Positions 48,786 through 62,772 of a stretch of 64,000 nucleotides of DNA are shown here, piece by piece. The stretch's first letter is position 1; each line of letters begins with the position of its first letter. Made by a program: the position numbers and the translations under genes. Source of the stretch: Lobosporangium transversale (taxonomy: Eukaryota); the NCBI RefSeq assembly GCF_002105155.1, contig NW_019029012.1, forward strand, positions 372,001-436,000. Reading direction: 5' to 3'. The notes under the pieces were generated by a model that worked only from the letters and a program-made list of their open reading frames with translations, did not search any database and was not told where the DNA came from.

Positions 48786-50330
48786 ATGAATAACCCTGAC
48801 CTGGACCCCTTGCATATTCTAGAAATCATTCCACTTGTTGGTGCTTCCCCTGACCGAAACGACCTCCTGTGCTGTACTTATGTCTTCAAGGCTCTTCACG
48901 ATATGCTTATCCAACCCATTTGGGAAAAGATCCATACTGGGCCTCTATCCAGGCGTCCTACAATTGAAGCACTGCAAGTCGACAAGAAATACATTGAGGA
49001 GCTTGAAATTTAAGACTTCCCAACGGAGCTAAGGTCATTGCAGGGTTGTATTTACCCCAAATACATTAAATACAAAGCAGGGCATCCCAAGGTACCTTCG
49101 CCCGAAGCAATCTCCCAATCTCATAAAGGTCCACAGTTCCACACTCATCAAGTTTAAGTCCGACAATTCACCTTTACAAGAGATATGGAGGGCCCTACTG
49201 GAATGCACACATCTTGAGCACTTGGCTCTTTCTAAAACACATATAAGCGATGATGAAGTCTATTCACCTTTTCAAGTCTGCAAGAAGGTTAGATGTTTGA
49301 AGGTGTCCCGAGTAACGATCGATTGACTACCTCCCAGCTTCCTGAACGACGGCAAAGGCACTTTTATTTTTTCAAATTTGAACAGGTTACGATTTCGTGG
49401 AGTGCAAATACTCAACACTCCACCTCAGCACACATCATCATATTGCCTTGGCATGTTGACTGGGGAATGTCCAGAACCGCGTTTGCTGGGAATTTATGGA
49501 GAACAGGATGATTTCTGTGATTTTACAAAACAGCATCCCCTCAATACCCCAATACACCGACAGCCCTATCAGGTCTACACCTATTATCCATGAAGATAAA
49601 GGGCGGAAATATGGCAACACTTTTTAAACAGATGAGTAATATAAGAGATCTAAGTACTTCATATTGTGATTTTGGTCTACTTTTCATACGAGCATTGCTG
49701 GCGGACGAGCAAGACATTCCGAAAGATGGATATATAGTGCGAAAAAGAAGAGGTAGGAGGCTTTGCGATATACTGGAGAGATTGTCACTCGATGCAGGGG
49801 ATCAATGGACTGGTGGTATTATTCAGGCGATCTTATCCAATTGCCCACGCTTGAAGGGACTTGTCGCATATAAATCCACAGTGACAGATATTGCGGGCGG
49901 TGCAGAATGGGTTAGTACTGGACTAACAAACATGTTTGTTGTCCTCGAAGTTGACGTTGGCCAGGAGGCTCCAGAAGGCATGCGGAAGCAGCGCCTTGCT
50001 TTTAGATAACTAGGCAAGTTGGCTCGACTAGGTCCTTAATTTGACTGGATTTCGTCGAAAGGATGAGAGATTTCGAACACTAGGCTTGAGGTTAAGAGCA
50101 TGTCTAGATGAACTAATTAGCCTAAAGAAATTGTGCTGGTTACTTTTTGACTGCGATAAGCACCAACAGATGAAGCCTGAGGATGCGATGTGAATTGTAA
50201 GCCATTGGCCGAGGATCAATTGCTTAAATGCTGTTGTGGACAAGGAGCCAGACACATACAGTTTGGTGGCAAATATACTCAAATTGCATAATATTGGACA
50301 CGAATTAATGACTGAAAGCATTGAGTAATA
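48786..50330 (+). pseudogene. F-box/LRR pseudogene, copy G (long tail)
   Basis: MNNPDLDPLHILEI start, stop at 49011-49013 and further stops/frameshifts; family motifs continue through GMRKQRLAFR* and LGLRLRACLDEL. Confidence 0.88.
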
Positions 50331-51679
50331 AAATACAGTACATAACCATTTCATAGTTTAATTTTGGGGACATGTATCCGAGAAAAATCCGCTTTTCTAA
50401 TAGCAATGTTGAGGCTATCGTAGTAAAGATAAGGTAAAAAATGACTCTATAAATTAAGTGGGAAACTTACTCCTTTATGCAAAACTTGAGAAATTGTCCG
50501 ATTGCTATGGATGTCGGTAACATGGTACCTTTTGATCTTGGTAATAGAGCTTCTAGGAAAGTAGAGCATGGACGGCCGTTCGATACTTATTGGCTTTCCA
50601 GATTGGCCATATTTAGCGGAATTGATTTGCATCTCGTGAATAGCTGTCATCCAGAAAGACTACTTAAAAACAGACAGGATTCACTGTGTTGTTCAAAAAA
50701 TAAAACTTGAGTGAAAGTGAGCTAAACCTCGGGTTGAATTGTGGCGTGCTTTTGAGGCGCAGAAATGGCAGCATTGCCTCTTTTGTGCAAGCTTCGCTGA
50801 ACACACCCATAGGTCTCATCTACTGTTCTCCATTTCAGATACAATACATTGCCTTAGAACAAAAAACTAAAATAGAATTGTTAGCCCCACTTGCCACCCA
50901 AGCATGTGGAATATAAACTCTTTTTTCTTTTTTTTTTTTTTTCCTACTTTGAATATGATAACAACCACTCTTATTCGCAGTTTTTTTATTGATGTTTTGC
51001 CACCAAACTTTATTTCTCTTTAACCCTTTAATAAGGAGTTTTACATACACATGAATGTTTATGGAACAAAAGTCGACTCTGTAAACGCCCTTTATTCGTG
51101 TTTTTTTTTTCCCCCTTCCGCTTGGAAATCACTCAGCGCGCCATGGTCTTCGTATCTAGTCAAGAACTGTAATGACGCTGATGCTACTTCCACCCGACTT
51201 TCGAAGGTGAGCATTTAAAAGGGCACATTTTGTCCTTTCCTTTTCATTCTTTTTTCTTTTTTCTTTTTTTACTCTTCATCTCTCAATATAACGATAAAAG
51301 GTAAAGTAATGCCTCTCAAAAAATAACAATAAAAGAAAAGAAAGATATAAAAGGAGGATATATGTCAAGTGTGGCTCTTTTTCTTCAATATTGTTTTGAC
51401 CCTCATTTCCTCTCTCTCCGATTTGATGCAATAAGACATGAATGTACGAATCGTAATTAATTGCTACCTGTGTCATTGGTAGGAATAGCGATGGCAGTAT
51501 ATAAAGCTCGAGCAAAGAGGGATGAGATACCATAATTACGGGGATGATCAGCGAAGGCAAGGGCTAAAAAACCCTTAAAGGTGATTGGGACCATGGCGGT
51601 TCGATGACCTTGTCGATGCTCAAAAGAGGATTAAATGAGCCTAGTTCTCACATATTCCGGTGGTTAATTCTTTACAATT

Positions 51680-51940
51680 CATGCCGCATCCCCAGATTGT
51701 ATCTGCTGATGCTTATCAAATTGCAATCATAGCAGGCGTAGATGTCTCAGGTTGGCTATTTCATTCAGACCTGTTCTTAACCTCAAGTCCAACGTCCGCA
51801 TCCCTCCTCAGGCGCTGAAGTTGGATATACCGGATTAAGGTAGTCTAGTCGAGTCAACTTTCCTAGTTGTCTAAACACAGTTCGTTGCTTCCGCATGTCT
51901 TCTGAAACCTCATGATCGACATGAGCTCCAAGTTGGGTAG
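51680..51940 (-). pseudogene. Orphan long-tail F-box/LRR fragment downstream of copy H
   Basis: Reads QLGAHVDHEVSEDMRKQRTVFRQLGKLTRL / RTLDLRLRTGLNEIANLRHLRLL*..HQQIQSGDAA*IVKN. Confidence 0.8.
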
Positions 51941-52267
51941 CTAAGCTAGTGAAGTATAATACGTTCTAAAACAGCATTTGAGGAGGGGTCATACATCAGA
52001 TGATATCATGGCTTAGGGCTTTATGGATAGCACAGCAGAGTTAAAGATGTGACATGATAAGAGCTCTTTAGAAAAGAGGGAGATCTAGGACAAAGTAGAG
52101 AAAGCTTGACCTTTGAGCTACATTTGCTGTCCATATCTTTTATCAGCGTTTATTAACTGGTAAGGGCGTTGGTTATCACTGGATACACCGAGGCTAGAAT
52201 AGTTTAGCTCGGCTCCCCGTGCCTTATAATCCTCGCTCCAGACCTGAACACTAACAATCTTAGATTC

Positions 52268-53573
52268 TTATGACTGGCCATCGATTGGAGCCAAGCCTGC
52301 AAAAGACAGCTGATGGTGATACACTGAATAGTAGGAACGATGTAGTCGGGTCGACCTGCATATCCGCTCATACGCAATACGCCCCTTCTCCTTGCCTTCT
52401 GCCGTCTTTGATCAACATCAACCACAAGACTGACCGACAGTTCAACCAAGTCAGAGCAAACCCATTCTGCGCCCTCGATGATCTCTATCACTGTTACTCT
52501 AGGTCCCTTCAGCCTCTTCAGACGTGGGTAAGTAGATAAGATCGTCTGAACAATGTTATCAGGTCTCTCGCTTTGCACATTACATTTCAATGCCTCAATC
52601 GAATCGCAGAGCCTCTGCTCCCTTCTTTTTCGCACTATCCGTCCACCTTCCGAAACCTCTTGCTCGTCTACCAGCAATTCTCGAACAGACAGTGGACCGA
52701 AATCACAAAGTGGAACGATTAGCTGTCTTAATTTAGTCATCTGCCTGAGCAGCGCCGCCATATCCTCGTCCTTTGCTTTCACGGATTGAATAGACAGATA
52801 TGATAGGTTTGTCAGCGTGTAAGGGCGATTAAGGAATACTGCCTTATAAAAACCAACGTGTATCGGTTGTGAAGTTTGGGTGTTCCCTATAAGCTCAACG
52901 AAGCCCAGTATTTGTAATCTTGGACACCTCCTAGTCAATATCCCGAGGCAATGCGACGGTGTGTGCGGATATAGGGGGTTGAGTATCCGGACATTATGAA
53001 AATCTAGCGCTTTCATTTTTGAGAAAATGAATTTGCCCGTGTCGTCATCCAAAAAGTCGGAAGGTAGTCGACTGATGTATATCCCAGACATGATCAAGTA
53101 CCAAACCTCCTTGCAGATTCGAAATAATAGATCGACTTCATCACCGAGTATATCTGCTCCATAAATGGCTAAATCTTTCAGCAGAGTGCATTCCAATAAT
53201 GCTCCCCATATCTCTCGTAAGCTGGAGCTGGTGATATTAAGCTCTGTGATTGTGGAGCTGTGAGCCTTAATGAAATCCGAAAGATTGCTCGGGGTAAGAG
53301 GATCCTGTGATTTTTCCGGATAGAAGTATATGCTTTTGAGGCGATTACAGCCTTGCAATGATCTGTACTCCTTTGGGAAGATGCAATGAAACTCAAGCTT
53401 CTCGATATACTCCTTGTATTTCTGTAGTGCCTCATCAGTGGGATATTTTGAATAAGCTGAAATTATGACCTTTTTCCAAATGTATTTGATAAGTGTATTA
53501 TGGAAAACCTTGGAGACGCGGATACAGCAGAAGAGGTCATTCCGGTCTAGGTGATCACCAACAAGTTGCTCAT
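52268..53573 (-). pseudogene. F-box/LRR pseudogene, copy H (short tail)
   Basis: ATGAGCAA joins directly to CTTGTTGGTGAT: a ~40-nt deletion removes NPL(D/E)IPEI and shifts frame. A 1-nt deletion after VDVDQ shifts the tail. The middle ORF is still open. Confidence 0.82.
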
Positions 53574-53903
53574 CTTGCGAAGAGAGTGGAGTGGAGAATG
53601 GCTTCTATGTCTTAATAAAATTCGCCATCACCTGACATTTGACATTTAGGGTTTATTAATGTCAGGGACAGTCCGCACAGACCTTATATAACCATTACTA
53701 TTTTTCTCACTGACTCAAACCGAAAGCGGCATATCAATAACTTGCACTGACAATGCTTACTTCTGTGAGTAATCAAGTTAAAGATATAATTGCTTATACT
53801 TTTCAAACAAAAACGATTAGTTTTTTATTTCAATCAAGTCTCTATTTCTAATAATGGATACAGCTAGATCATTCAAGTCTTTTTTTTTTTTTTTTTTTTT
53901 TTT

Positions 53904-56900
53904 TTACAAGTTGCCATAAATCAACGAAGCGGCACCTTTAAGAGCCATAAACATGTCAATCTTCTCACGAACTTGATCTGTATATGGAGTTGATGATGGT
54001 GTAGGAGAGAGTAATGTCTGTTGGTTTAGCTCAATCACTTCTTCTTTCTGCTGCATCTGCTGTTGTTGTGGCTGCAATCTTCCATAACCCTTATCAGAAT
54101 CCAAGCTAGTCTCTTCCATATCTGAAGATGGACATGAGGAAGGTCCAGTGGACGGCGTCATCATCTCGGAATCCGACTCGTTCTCAGAATCGAAATCGCT
54201 GTCTTCAGAATCTGCCTCAGAGTTCGTGGTTGAGCTGCTGCCAGAGTCACTTTCTTTCGCAACAGCAGAGCTTGTTCGTTTGCTCCATCCGCGTCGAGTT
54301 GTGCTTGCTACAGCAGCTGCAGCGGCGGCCGCTAATGCAGCCCTAGTGCTTCCTCTCTTCCTCTTTTGCTGCTTTGCAAGCTCCTTGAGATCAATTTGTT
54401 TCTTGTGATCGATCTCTTGAGGATGATGAGACCTGTTTGTAGCATTTGAGCCCGCGGCTGCTCCATCAGTTATTGTGCCAGCTGCTCCAGCTGCCCCCAG
54501 TCCCCCTTGTGTCTGAGCAGCCTTGACAGCTGCATAGCCCGGAGTCTCTTTGTAAGCAATACCAGCCTTGACGAGACCAGTCAGGGTGGCGAACACGGTT
54601 TCTGTGACGGCTTCATGGATCGCATACTGCTCATCCAACTCGATGGCTTTCTCAATCGATTGCTTTGACAACTCCCAAGCCTTATCCTGCAGATGGAAGC
54701 GCTCATCAACCTTGTGGAAGATTGTCTTGGATGTTCGAAGACATGACTTGACCACGTCTGGAATGGGTGATTGCTTCAGACGAATTGCTGAATGAACAGC
54801 TGTCGAAATAATGGCGTCACCAATCCCACCTGCATTGTTGACATGGCTGGGGTTCTGGAGGGCTTTGTCATTGTTGGCAATGTCGTTGTGTTGAGGAAGT
54901 TCGTGTTCATGGAAGTGGTGACGTTGTCTTCGAGTATGGCGACGACGGGAGTGTGTGTGACCATTAGAGGGTGATGCCTTTGTAGGTTGCAATGAAGGAG
55001 ATGATGAAGGACTGGCCAGCTTTGTTTGTTTCTTATTCTTGAGCTCCTTTTCTTGCTCCTGCTGTTGTTTTTTCAAAGCCTGCAATTCTTTTGCATGCTG
55101 CTCACGGCGCTGTTTACGCTGCTGCTGCTTCTGCTTCTGCTGTCCGCGTTGTTGTTGAATAAACGCAGCAGCGGCCTTTTCGTCCATGGATGCGACAGCT
55201 TCTTCAGAGACTGCAGTATGCTGCTGAATCATTGTAGCTGCGAGCTCATGATTCTGACGATGTCTTCTTCTGCATCGTCGGCGCAGTCGCTTAGAAGATA
55301 CGCTTGCGTCGCTAATCTCATCCACACCCCGGAGCTCTTCGAGCTGGTCTTCTAGGAAATCGCGTAGTTGGGTTTCGAAAGCCTCACGACGGAGGGGATC
55401 GCAGGTTTCAACTAATGAGAAAAAATAATTGAGAAGGTAAGTATATCAAGTAGAAAAGCGGAGGCATAGATGCACATTAGAATGAAGGCTTACATGGCAA
55501 TGCATGAAGCATTATATTGATGGCTGCCAAATACAGCTCAAATGCATCATCACCGGCTTCATCATCCATTGCCTTGGACTGGTCCTCCTTCTCCATCGCT
55601 AAAACGGATAGGGTCATGGCCTGTTGAATCAGCTTCTTGTTTAGTTTCCGATAAGGTACATCCTCAGGTGAAATTAAGGTCTTGGGATCGATGCCGCCGG
55701 TCAGAGCATGTAAGGAGATACCACGCTCCGAAGCCTTGGTTGCGATATAAGACAGAGTCGAATCCATGACCGGATGCTTCAAGATCCTACCCGCCACTGG
55801 AAGGGAACCAAGCTGCTCCTTCGACGGTATGAGTCCTGTTCCGACCGAGGTCACGGAATTGACTACAGATCGAGCAGCACGGAACGGCATCAGGGGTGAA
55901 GGCCGTGGGATGCTTGAAATCATAGTACGTGGTCGACCTTGCCATGAGGCGAGGAAGGAGGATGATGTGGCCGCAGAAGGGAATGTAGACGATATGGAAG
56001 GAGAAGCAGGGGGTGAAGGAGGTGTGGCTACGGTAGGTGTTGGTGTTGGTGCAACAGTGGACGAAGTTTGGGACAAGGTCAAAGGAGTACATGGTTTTTC
56101 CAGAGTTGAGATCGATGCTGTAGGTTCCACCAAAGACTTTGTTGATGATGTAACGGGGGTAATTGGAGGTGTTACCGGTGGAGTGAGGGATGGAATGGAT
56201 GGAGTGACATTTGTGGTGGTCACTTTAGGTGTGGAAGTGGCCGGGAGCATGGGTGTTGTGGGTGTTGTGGGTGGGGTCGCCAAGGGAGTCGCTGGAGCCT
56301 TTTGTGACTCTGCAAACTTTAGTGCCCGTGCGACAGCAAGCTGCATCTGTGTAAGTGTCTGAGGAGTGTCATCATCAGACTCTGACTGCGTCGCTTTTCC
56401 TCGTTCTTTATCATCCTCTGAATCTTGATCAGGCTCCTCTTGGCCAAAGTTAGTTCCAGAAACTGGTGTATTAAGGTCAGAAGGAGATGCCAAAGTTGAA
56501 GATGAGAGATGGGAAGGTCGTGGAGGTTGTGAGGATATGGAGGTGGGCATGGTCATGTTAGGAGAAGAGCTTGAACGCATATGCCTCAGATGTGGAGGTC
56601 GAGGTTGACTGATCATGACTGTGGCCTGCACAGTGTCAGCAGGGGAAGGCTTGATAATCTTTGCACGTTCGTAGCTGTCGATCGATGCTCGAGCTGGAGC
56701 AGCATGAACTTTGGAAGCAGCAGAGGTGTGAATGATTGGGCTAGATGAATGGCGGATAAGGACTTGACGGCTAGGAAGGTCATCAGTTTTGGGGGGTGTG
56801 GATGAAGGTGTAGGTGTAGGTGTAGGTGTAGTAGTAGCGGTGACTGTGGCTGTAGTTGAGGGGATCATATGGATGCTATGTCGATTGAACTTTTTGCAAT

Positions 56901-57249
56901 CTTCATTATCGAGGTTGTCATTATCATTATCATTAAAAGCTGTAAAACTTGATGAAGGTTGATTGACGGCGGCAAGGCGAAGATAAAAGTCCTGTTCTTT
57001 CTGATCAAGCTCAGGCAAGATAGCCTGGGGATTGTTTCTGTGTTTGCGAGGAACCATGTTGGTTTTGAGGTCAATCTGATCAACCTGTTGTGTTTGCATG
57101 TCCTTTGAGAGAACGGTTGCATGTGGAGGGTTTGGGGGAGGTTGCTGTTGCTTGTGAGAGGCAGGAGTGTGGACAACTACATTGACAGGATTGGTGGTCG
57201 ATTGACGATATAGGAAGGGTAGATTTGACACGACTGAGAATGGATTCAT
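53904..57249 (-). CDS. Large low-complexity protein with a central MIT-like helical domain, 2 exons, ~1087 aa
   Basis: Exons 57249-55494 and 55411-53904 in frame. KLIQQAMTLSVLAMEKE..DAFELYLAAINIMLHALP..RREAFETQL is MIT-like; a second ordered helical block (VDERFHLQDKAW..LDEQY); P/T/S-rich N-terminus. Confidence 0.7.
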
Positions 57250-57632
57250 GTTGTATTTTTAGTGGCGGAAGTACTAGGGTACTAAGTAAAAAAAAGGTTT
57301 CGGCTGCGATGCAATTTGATTTGACAGAGAAAAAGGATCGGACCGAGAATGGGGGAAAAGGTGCTTTTTATAAGCACATTTGGCACAGACACACAGGGGA
57401 TACACAGACTCTGATTCACAGATGCACAGGAACACACAAAAAATAATGGGAAAAAAAAAGGAAAGGATGAAGTCGATGTAACTGTGAATTGGAATGAACA
57501 ATCAGGTTACAGATGAGATGAATAGAAAACAAAACAAAACAAAACAAAAAACAAAACAAAAAAGAGAGAAAGAAAGAAGGAAGAAAGGAAAAGAAGAAAG
57601 AGAAGAAAAGGAATATGGAGAAATGAATGAAT

Positions 57633-57635
<3 letters not shown>

Positions 57636-57663
<28 letters not shown>
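57636..57663. repeat. (AG)n microsatellite in a purine-rich upstream tract
   Basis: Uninterrupted AG dinucleotide run. Confidence 0.9.
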
Positions 57664-58753
57664 CGGGGGGAAGACAGCTTTTTTTAAAAGAATCTGTCAA
57701 TACAATAGAGGGAAGATTGGGGGAAGAATGAAAGAAAGAAGAAAGAGCGAGAAAGAAGACAGACATATGAATGAATCAAATCCCCATTTGCTTCAGCTTT
57801 ATGTTTCTAGAACATTAAAATGATTTTGTTGCCAGCCAGTAAGCATTTTTCTTTCCTCAGACACTCGGACAGGCCAGACCGACAGACATATGAAAATGTC
57901 TTGAATGCATATATATATATATGGTACATGGTATCAATGGTTGGATTGAAATGTGTAACCCAATTCAATTCCACTTTTGTGTTTCGACATGATAGGGCCC
58001 CTCTTGCCCTCTTGGCACAGGCCAATAGTTTACCCATCACTCATCACTCCATCTCTCCCTTCACCTTCTTCATTGCGGACAAAAATCATTTGCAACAGCT
58101 TCCACCTTCCCCTTTTTTTTTCTTTATTTTATGATGCTGTCATATTCTCCCCTTTCTTTCTTTGCTTACGATCTCTTTCACTCACTCTGTCTGAGTTGCT
58201 TACAATGCATCTCCCTCTGTGCCTAGACGTGTAGTTTATAACTTTTTTTTTTTTTTTTTTTTTTTTTACATGTGTGTCCATGCTCTATCAATCAATCAAC
58301 TGCCTAAATCAGCTCATGCTTTATTCAAAGAGGATGACGATGGATATGGATGCTGGGGTAAAACTACCACTACCTTTTTTATTCACAAACCTTTTTTTTT
58401 TATCGTTTTACATCCAGTCAATTCGCGACACATCGTCAATTGATATCTTTTATTCAGTCTTTCGTATTTCCCTTTTGAATATCTGTATTTCTTGCCTTGT
58501 GTTTGTTTACAAGCGATAGTGATAGTATATATAATACTGATGTGTCCTCCTTTGCTTAAAAAAAAAAGAGTACATGTACACAGTTATCGCGTAAGAAGGC
58601 GCAAAGAATTTTCTCCCAACACCATTGCAAACCCCTGCTGCAAGGGAAAGAGACTAACCCTCCAACGCATCGGCGGTACAATGCAATGTGCAAATCCTTC
58701 GGCTATCTCGTCCTGCTTCCGTCTATGACCATGCAGGGGAAGACACAAACATG

Positions 58754-58789
<36 letters not shown>

Positions 58790-60608
58790 AATAGTGTACA
58801 TGTTCATGTACAAACACGAGAATCTAGTCCTCTTTTTTCTTTTTCCGTTCTTCCTCTACTTTGCATCATAACAGCCTCGTGTCTTCAAACCTCCTTTGAA
58901 CATGTACAACATCCCGTACTACCCTATCCTAACCGTCATGCGCATCATCCAGCTCGAAGATAGGGAAGCCTCATGTATATGACAATAAGTGTCCCTTTTG
59001 TGCCGTAAAAGACAGACATGCAATACATGTAAAAAAAGGCAGTGCGCATGCCTCTTTTTTTTTTTTCCGTCGTTTAGTGGCAAAAAAAAAATACAATCTT
59101 CAGCATTTTGGATCAACAATCGCCCAATTGCAAAAAAAAAAAAAAAAAAAAAATTTACCGCCTAGCAAAAAAAAAAAAAAAAAAAAAAAACAAAAAACTT
59201 TTTTTGTGGAGAAATATATACCTTTCGTTTATTTATTCCAAATGCTCACTTCCCCAAACTTGATCAAGCTTTTGTATATATTATTCGGTAGACTTCCAAG
59301 ATGTGGAGAGGAAAAATAGTAAAAAGACTTGAGCTGTTTACTTGAAGCGTACAATTACATGAAGACTGTCTCTTTGAAGTGGTAACATTAATAAACATGT
59401 AACAACAACAACAAAAAAAAATTCAAGAGCCAAAAAGATCCCTACATGGTGGTACGACCATGGGATCTGCATGTTAAAGAAAAAAAAACACGCCAATATT
59501 TTTTTTTTTACTCATATTTTCTCCCTTCCTCCCATCATTGGTCATTTTTCCCGCAGAATTGCTGACCAAGACGAAATGCAGATTGTATATAACCTCTGTT
59601 ACCTCTGTAAGTCGTAATTAACAACTCTTTCTTTTCACAACAAACTTCCTCCATGTAATGGAAAGAAAAGAAATAACACTGACGTGGTAAATCTGGTAGA
59701 AGAAATCTACATGTACATGAATGCATCCTTTTTCCTCTTGCACGTTCCTGTCGGCGTACAGCGGATGGAGTGAATTGGGAAGGATAGGCTCTATAGAAAA
59801 ATGGTATATATCCTTGTATCCTTTCCAGAGAAACTTCAACCAAGCGCCCGTCATGGAAGTAACAAGAAAAAGGTTGTTTGCCATAATCACATAACCAGGT
59901 GATATAAAATGAAATGAAAATAAAGTAAAAGGGCTCTGACTGAGCAGAGATATAGTATTCATATCCCCTCCTAGCATGTGAAAAAAAAAACAAAAAAAAA
60001 AAAAAAAAAAAAAAGAACCATTCCTGGCACAAAATATATAAAACAGCATGGCATGCTCTTGTTCTGCGTTACATATGAAATATTTTAAATATCCTAATGT
60101 TCACGAATAAGGGACGTGGTTGTATAAGATTGTACGTTAAGTTGTGCACAGATGCTTATACGTAGGATGAGATAATGAGCCTTGTTCCTGATCGAAATAA
60201 ATAAGCACTGGCTCGTTTTGGAAAGCAATGGATGAACGATCTGCCACTAAGAATAAAAACCGTCCACTCCATTGGACTAAATCCGACAACATACAATAAC
60301 AATACCAGTTTATTTCACGTTTATTCTTTTTGCCATCACAGTTAGACTTTTTACCCCTGTTTCTCCTTTAATCTTTCGGTATATAGTTGTTGAATACCAT
60401 ACATGTAATATACATGTACACCACATACACATAATTGTCCAATATAGAATAGGCTATATATCAAGAACAATTCATGAAGAATGAAGAATGAAATAGCATC
60501 AAAAGATCTATCTTTTCTACTATGAGGAGAGATGGAAAACATTTTGATTGGATTGGACACCTTCGCAATGGTCCTGGAATATATACCACCACCTTTTTTG
60601 CTTTATTC

Positions 60609-60639
<31 letters not shown>

Positions 60640-60759
60640 TACATAGCTTTAAGAACTAGGGGTATGAGCACCATCGCTCAAAATATCCAAAGATGTCCTC
60701 GTGTATTTTTATATTTATTTTTACGCTAATTGTGGTCCTTGATGCAATTTTGCAGGGCG

Positions 60760-60790
<31 letters not shown>

Positions 60791-61771
60791 GCTCCATGGT
60801 CGCATGTTGCAGATCACAAATGCTACAATTCATTTCGTTTTTTATTTGTTCCGTTGCTGATCATTTTTCACATTATACAAAGCAAAAAAAAAAAAAAAAA
60901 AAAATGAAGTTTTACTCAAAACTCGTAAGCGTATAGGAATATGGTAGAGTGAAGCAAATGATATACATGTTGGGATATTATGGATGATCGTTGTATTAAT
61001 CCGTGGCTCCTTTGATGGATATTTTTTTTTCTATTACACGAACCGATGAATATACACTTGGGTATTCAGCTAAGAGCTGTGGCTAGCGTCAGTTGGCCAT
61101 CCGTTCCACGTCAGATAGACTTCTTTATCATGACAAATACGAGGTCGTTGAACAAACATGTGGCGACGCAATTAGGCAAATATATACCACGATCATAAAG
61201 TTATTTTCGGCAAAGGGATCATTCTGATACCGAGAGAAGACTCCCTCCACTCCATGGAGTAGCTAAAAAAGGAAAACATTATTTTATTTTTTTTTACTCC
61301 GATTAAAAAAAAAAAGAAGAGTGAAAATCTTTTTTTGGGCGTCACCTGCAGCTAATGTGCAATAAGCAAAAACAAAGCACGGTGAATCGATGTACCGCGG
61401 GTTGCATGTTTTTATTTTTCCTTTTTTTCCCTCCTTTCAATGCTCTGCTCTTTTCTGTTCTTTTTGACCGGAGTTGATCAGTGTCTGCAAAGGGCAATAC
61501 GGCGAGGGGTCGAAGCGGGGGTCCCACTCTTTATAAAAAGGGCACCATTTTTTTTTTTTTTTTGTTATTTTTTTCTGAATCCTGGTGTTTCTTACTTCAC
61601 ATTACTCTCTCAACTTCCTCAACTCTTCTTTTGTTTGTTGTACAAAACATTTCCGCAACGTTACATTGCCCATAAACATTCCACATGCACAACGACCCTC
61701 AATTGTAGTTTTTTCCAACAGTTAATACCCCCATACCCCACACACAAACAAACACACTTTCCTTCCATTTA

Positions 61772-62737
61772 ATGCCTGAACACGACGAATCTACATCTCC
61801 ACAACAATACAGGATGACCAACCTCGAAAAGGAAACTGAAGACAATGGTGCCCATTCCCTCGCATCCTCTACCGCTCCTGTCCACCAATCGAAAACTCGG
61901 GACAGCACTTCTATACCCTCCGACTCATCGAGTGATACCTCTTCCGAACAGAATTACCATAGTTCCATCCCTCAATTCTTTGTTCTTCCTCATCTCTTGA
62001 AGAAGAGCGCATGGCTCCTCTTGGTTGCCACCTCCGCTGTCATCCTTGTCTACATTTGGCTCTATCTCGGATCCCTCTGGTCACCTCTGAGCCGTGTCAA
62101 GAATGTGGAGATCATCCTCTACAACGCTGATACTGGCTTCGACTATTCTCAAACTCCTCCTCAACTCATTCCTCTCTTTCAATCCATTACTCAGAACCAA
62201 TCTCTCGGTAACATCGTTCATGGTCAAATCATGAACCCTGAAGGTCAATTGAGCCAGATGGTTTCATGGATCGACAAGTCCAAAGAGACTGGTTGGGATC
62301 GCGAATCTTTGATTAAGCAGGTGGAAGATGGTGAGGTCTGGGGGCTTTTGTATATCCCTGCAAACTTTTCCAACAACCTGTTATCGTATGCACCCTCCAC
62401 TTCAACTGGTCCAGCAACAGCTGCCACGCTCAAAATGGTAGATATGGAATACGTATTCGATCAGGGACGCAACTATGGTACTCATTCGATCATTGAAAAA
62501 TATATCTCAAAGTCCATGGATCTCTTGTCAAAGACCTTTGAGAGGCAACTCTTGACTTCCCCTGCCAACCAGACCTTACTCCAGACCATGCATCCTATCT
62601 TTTGGACTCAATCTATCCACATGACTGAAACCATCATGAGCCCTGTTTTGGTTTATGGCCAAAACTTCGCCACTTACATTGTGGTAAGTTTTTTTTTTAA
62701 AAAACTAATTATTCTTATCTTTGATCTGGGATTAACT

Positions 62738-62772
<35 letters not shown>

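Noticed and set aside
50447..51560. Short ORFs between copy G and the orphan tail
   Set aside because: No motif and no coherent exon structure.
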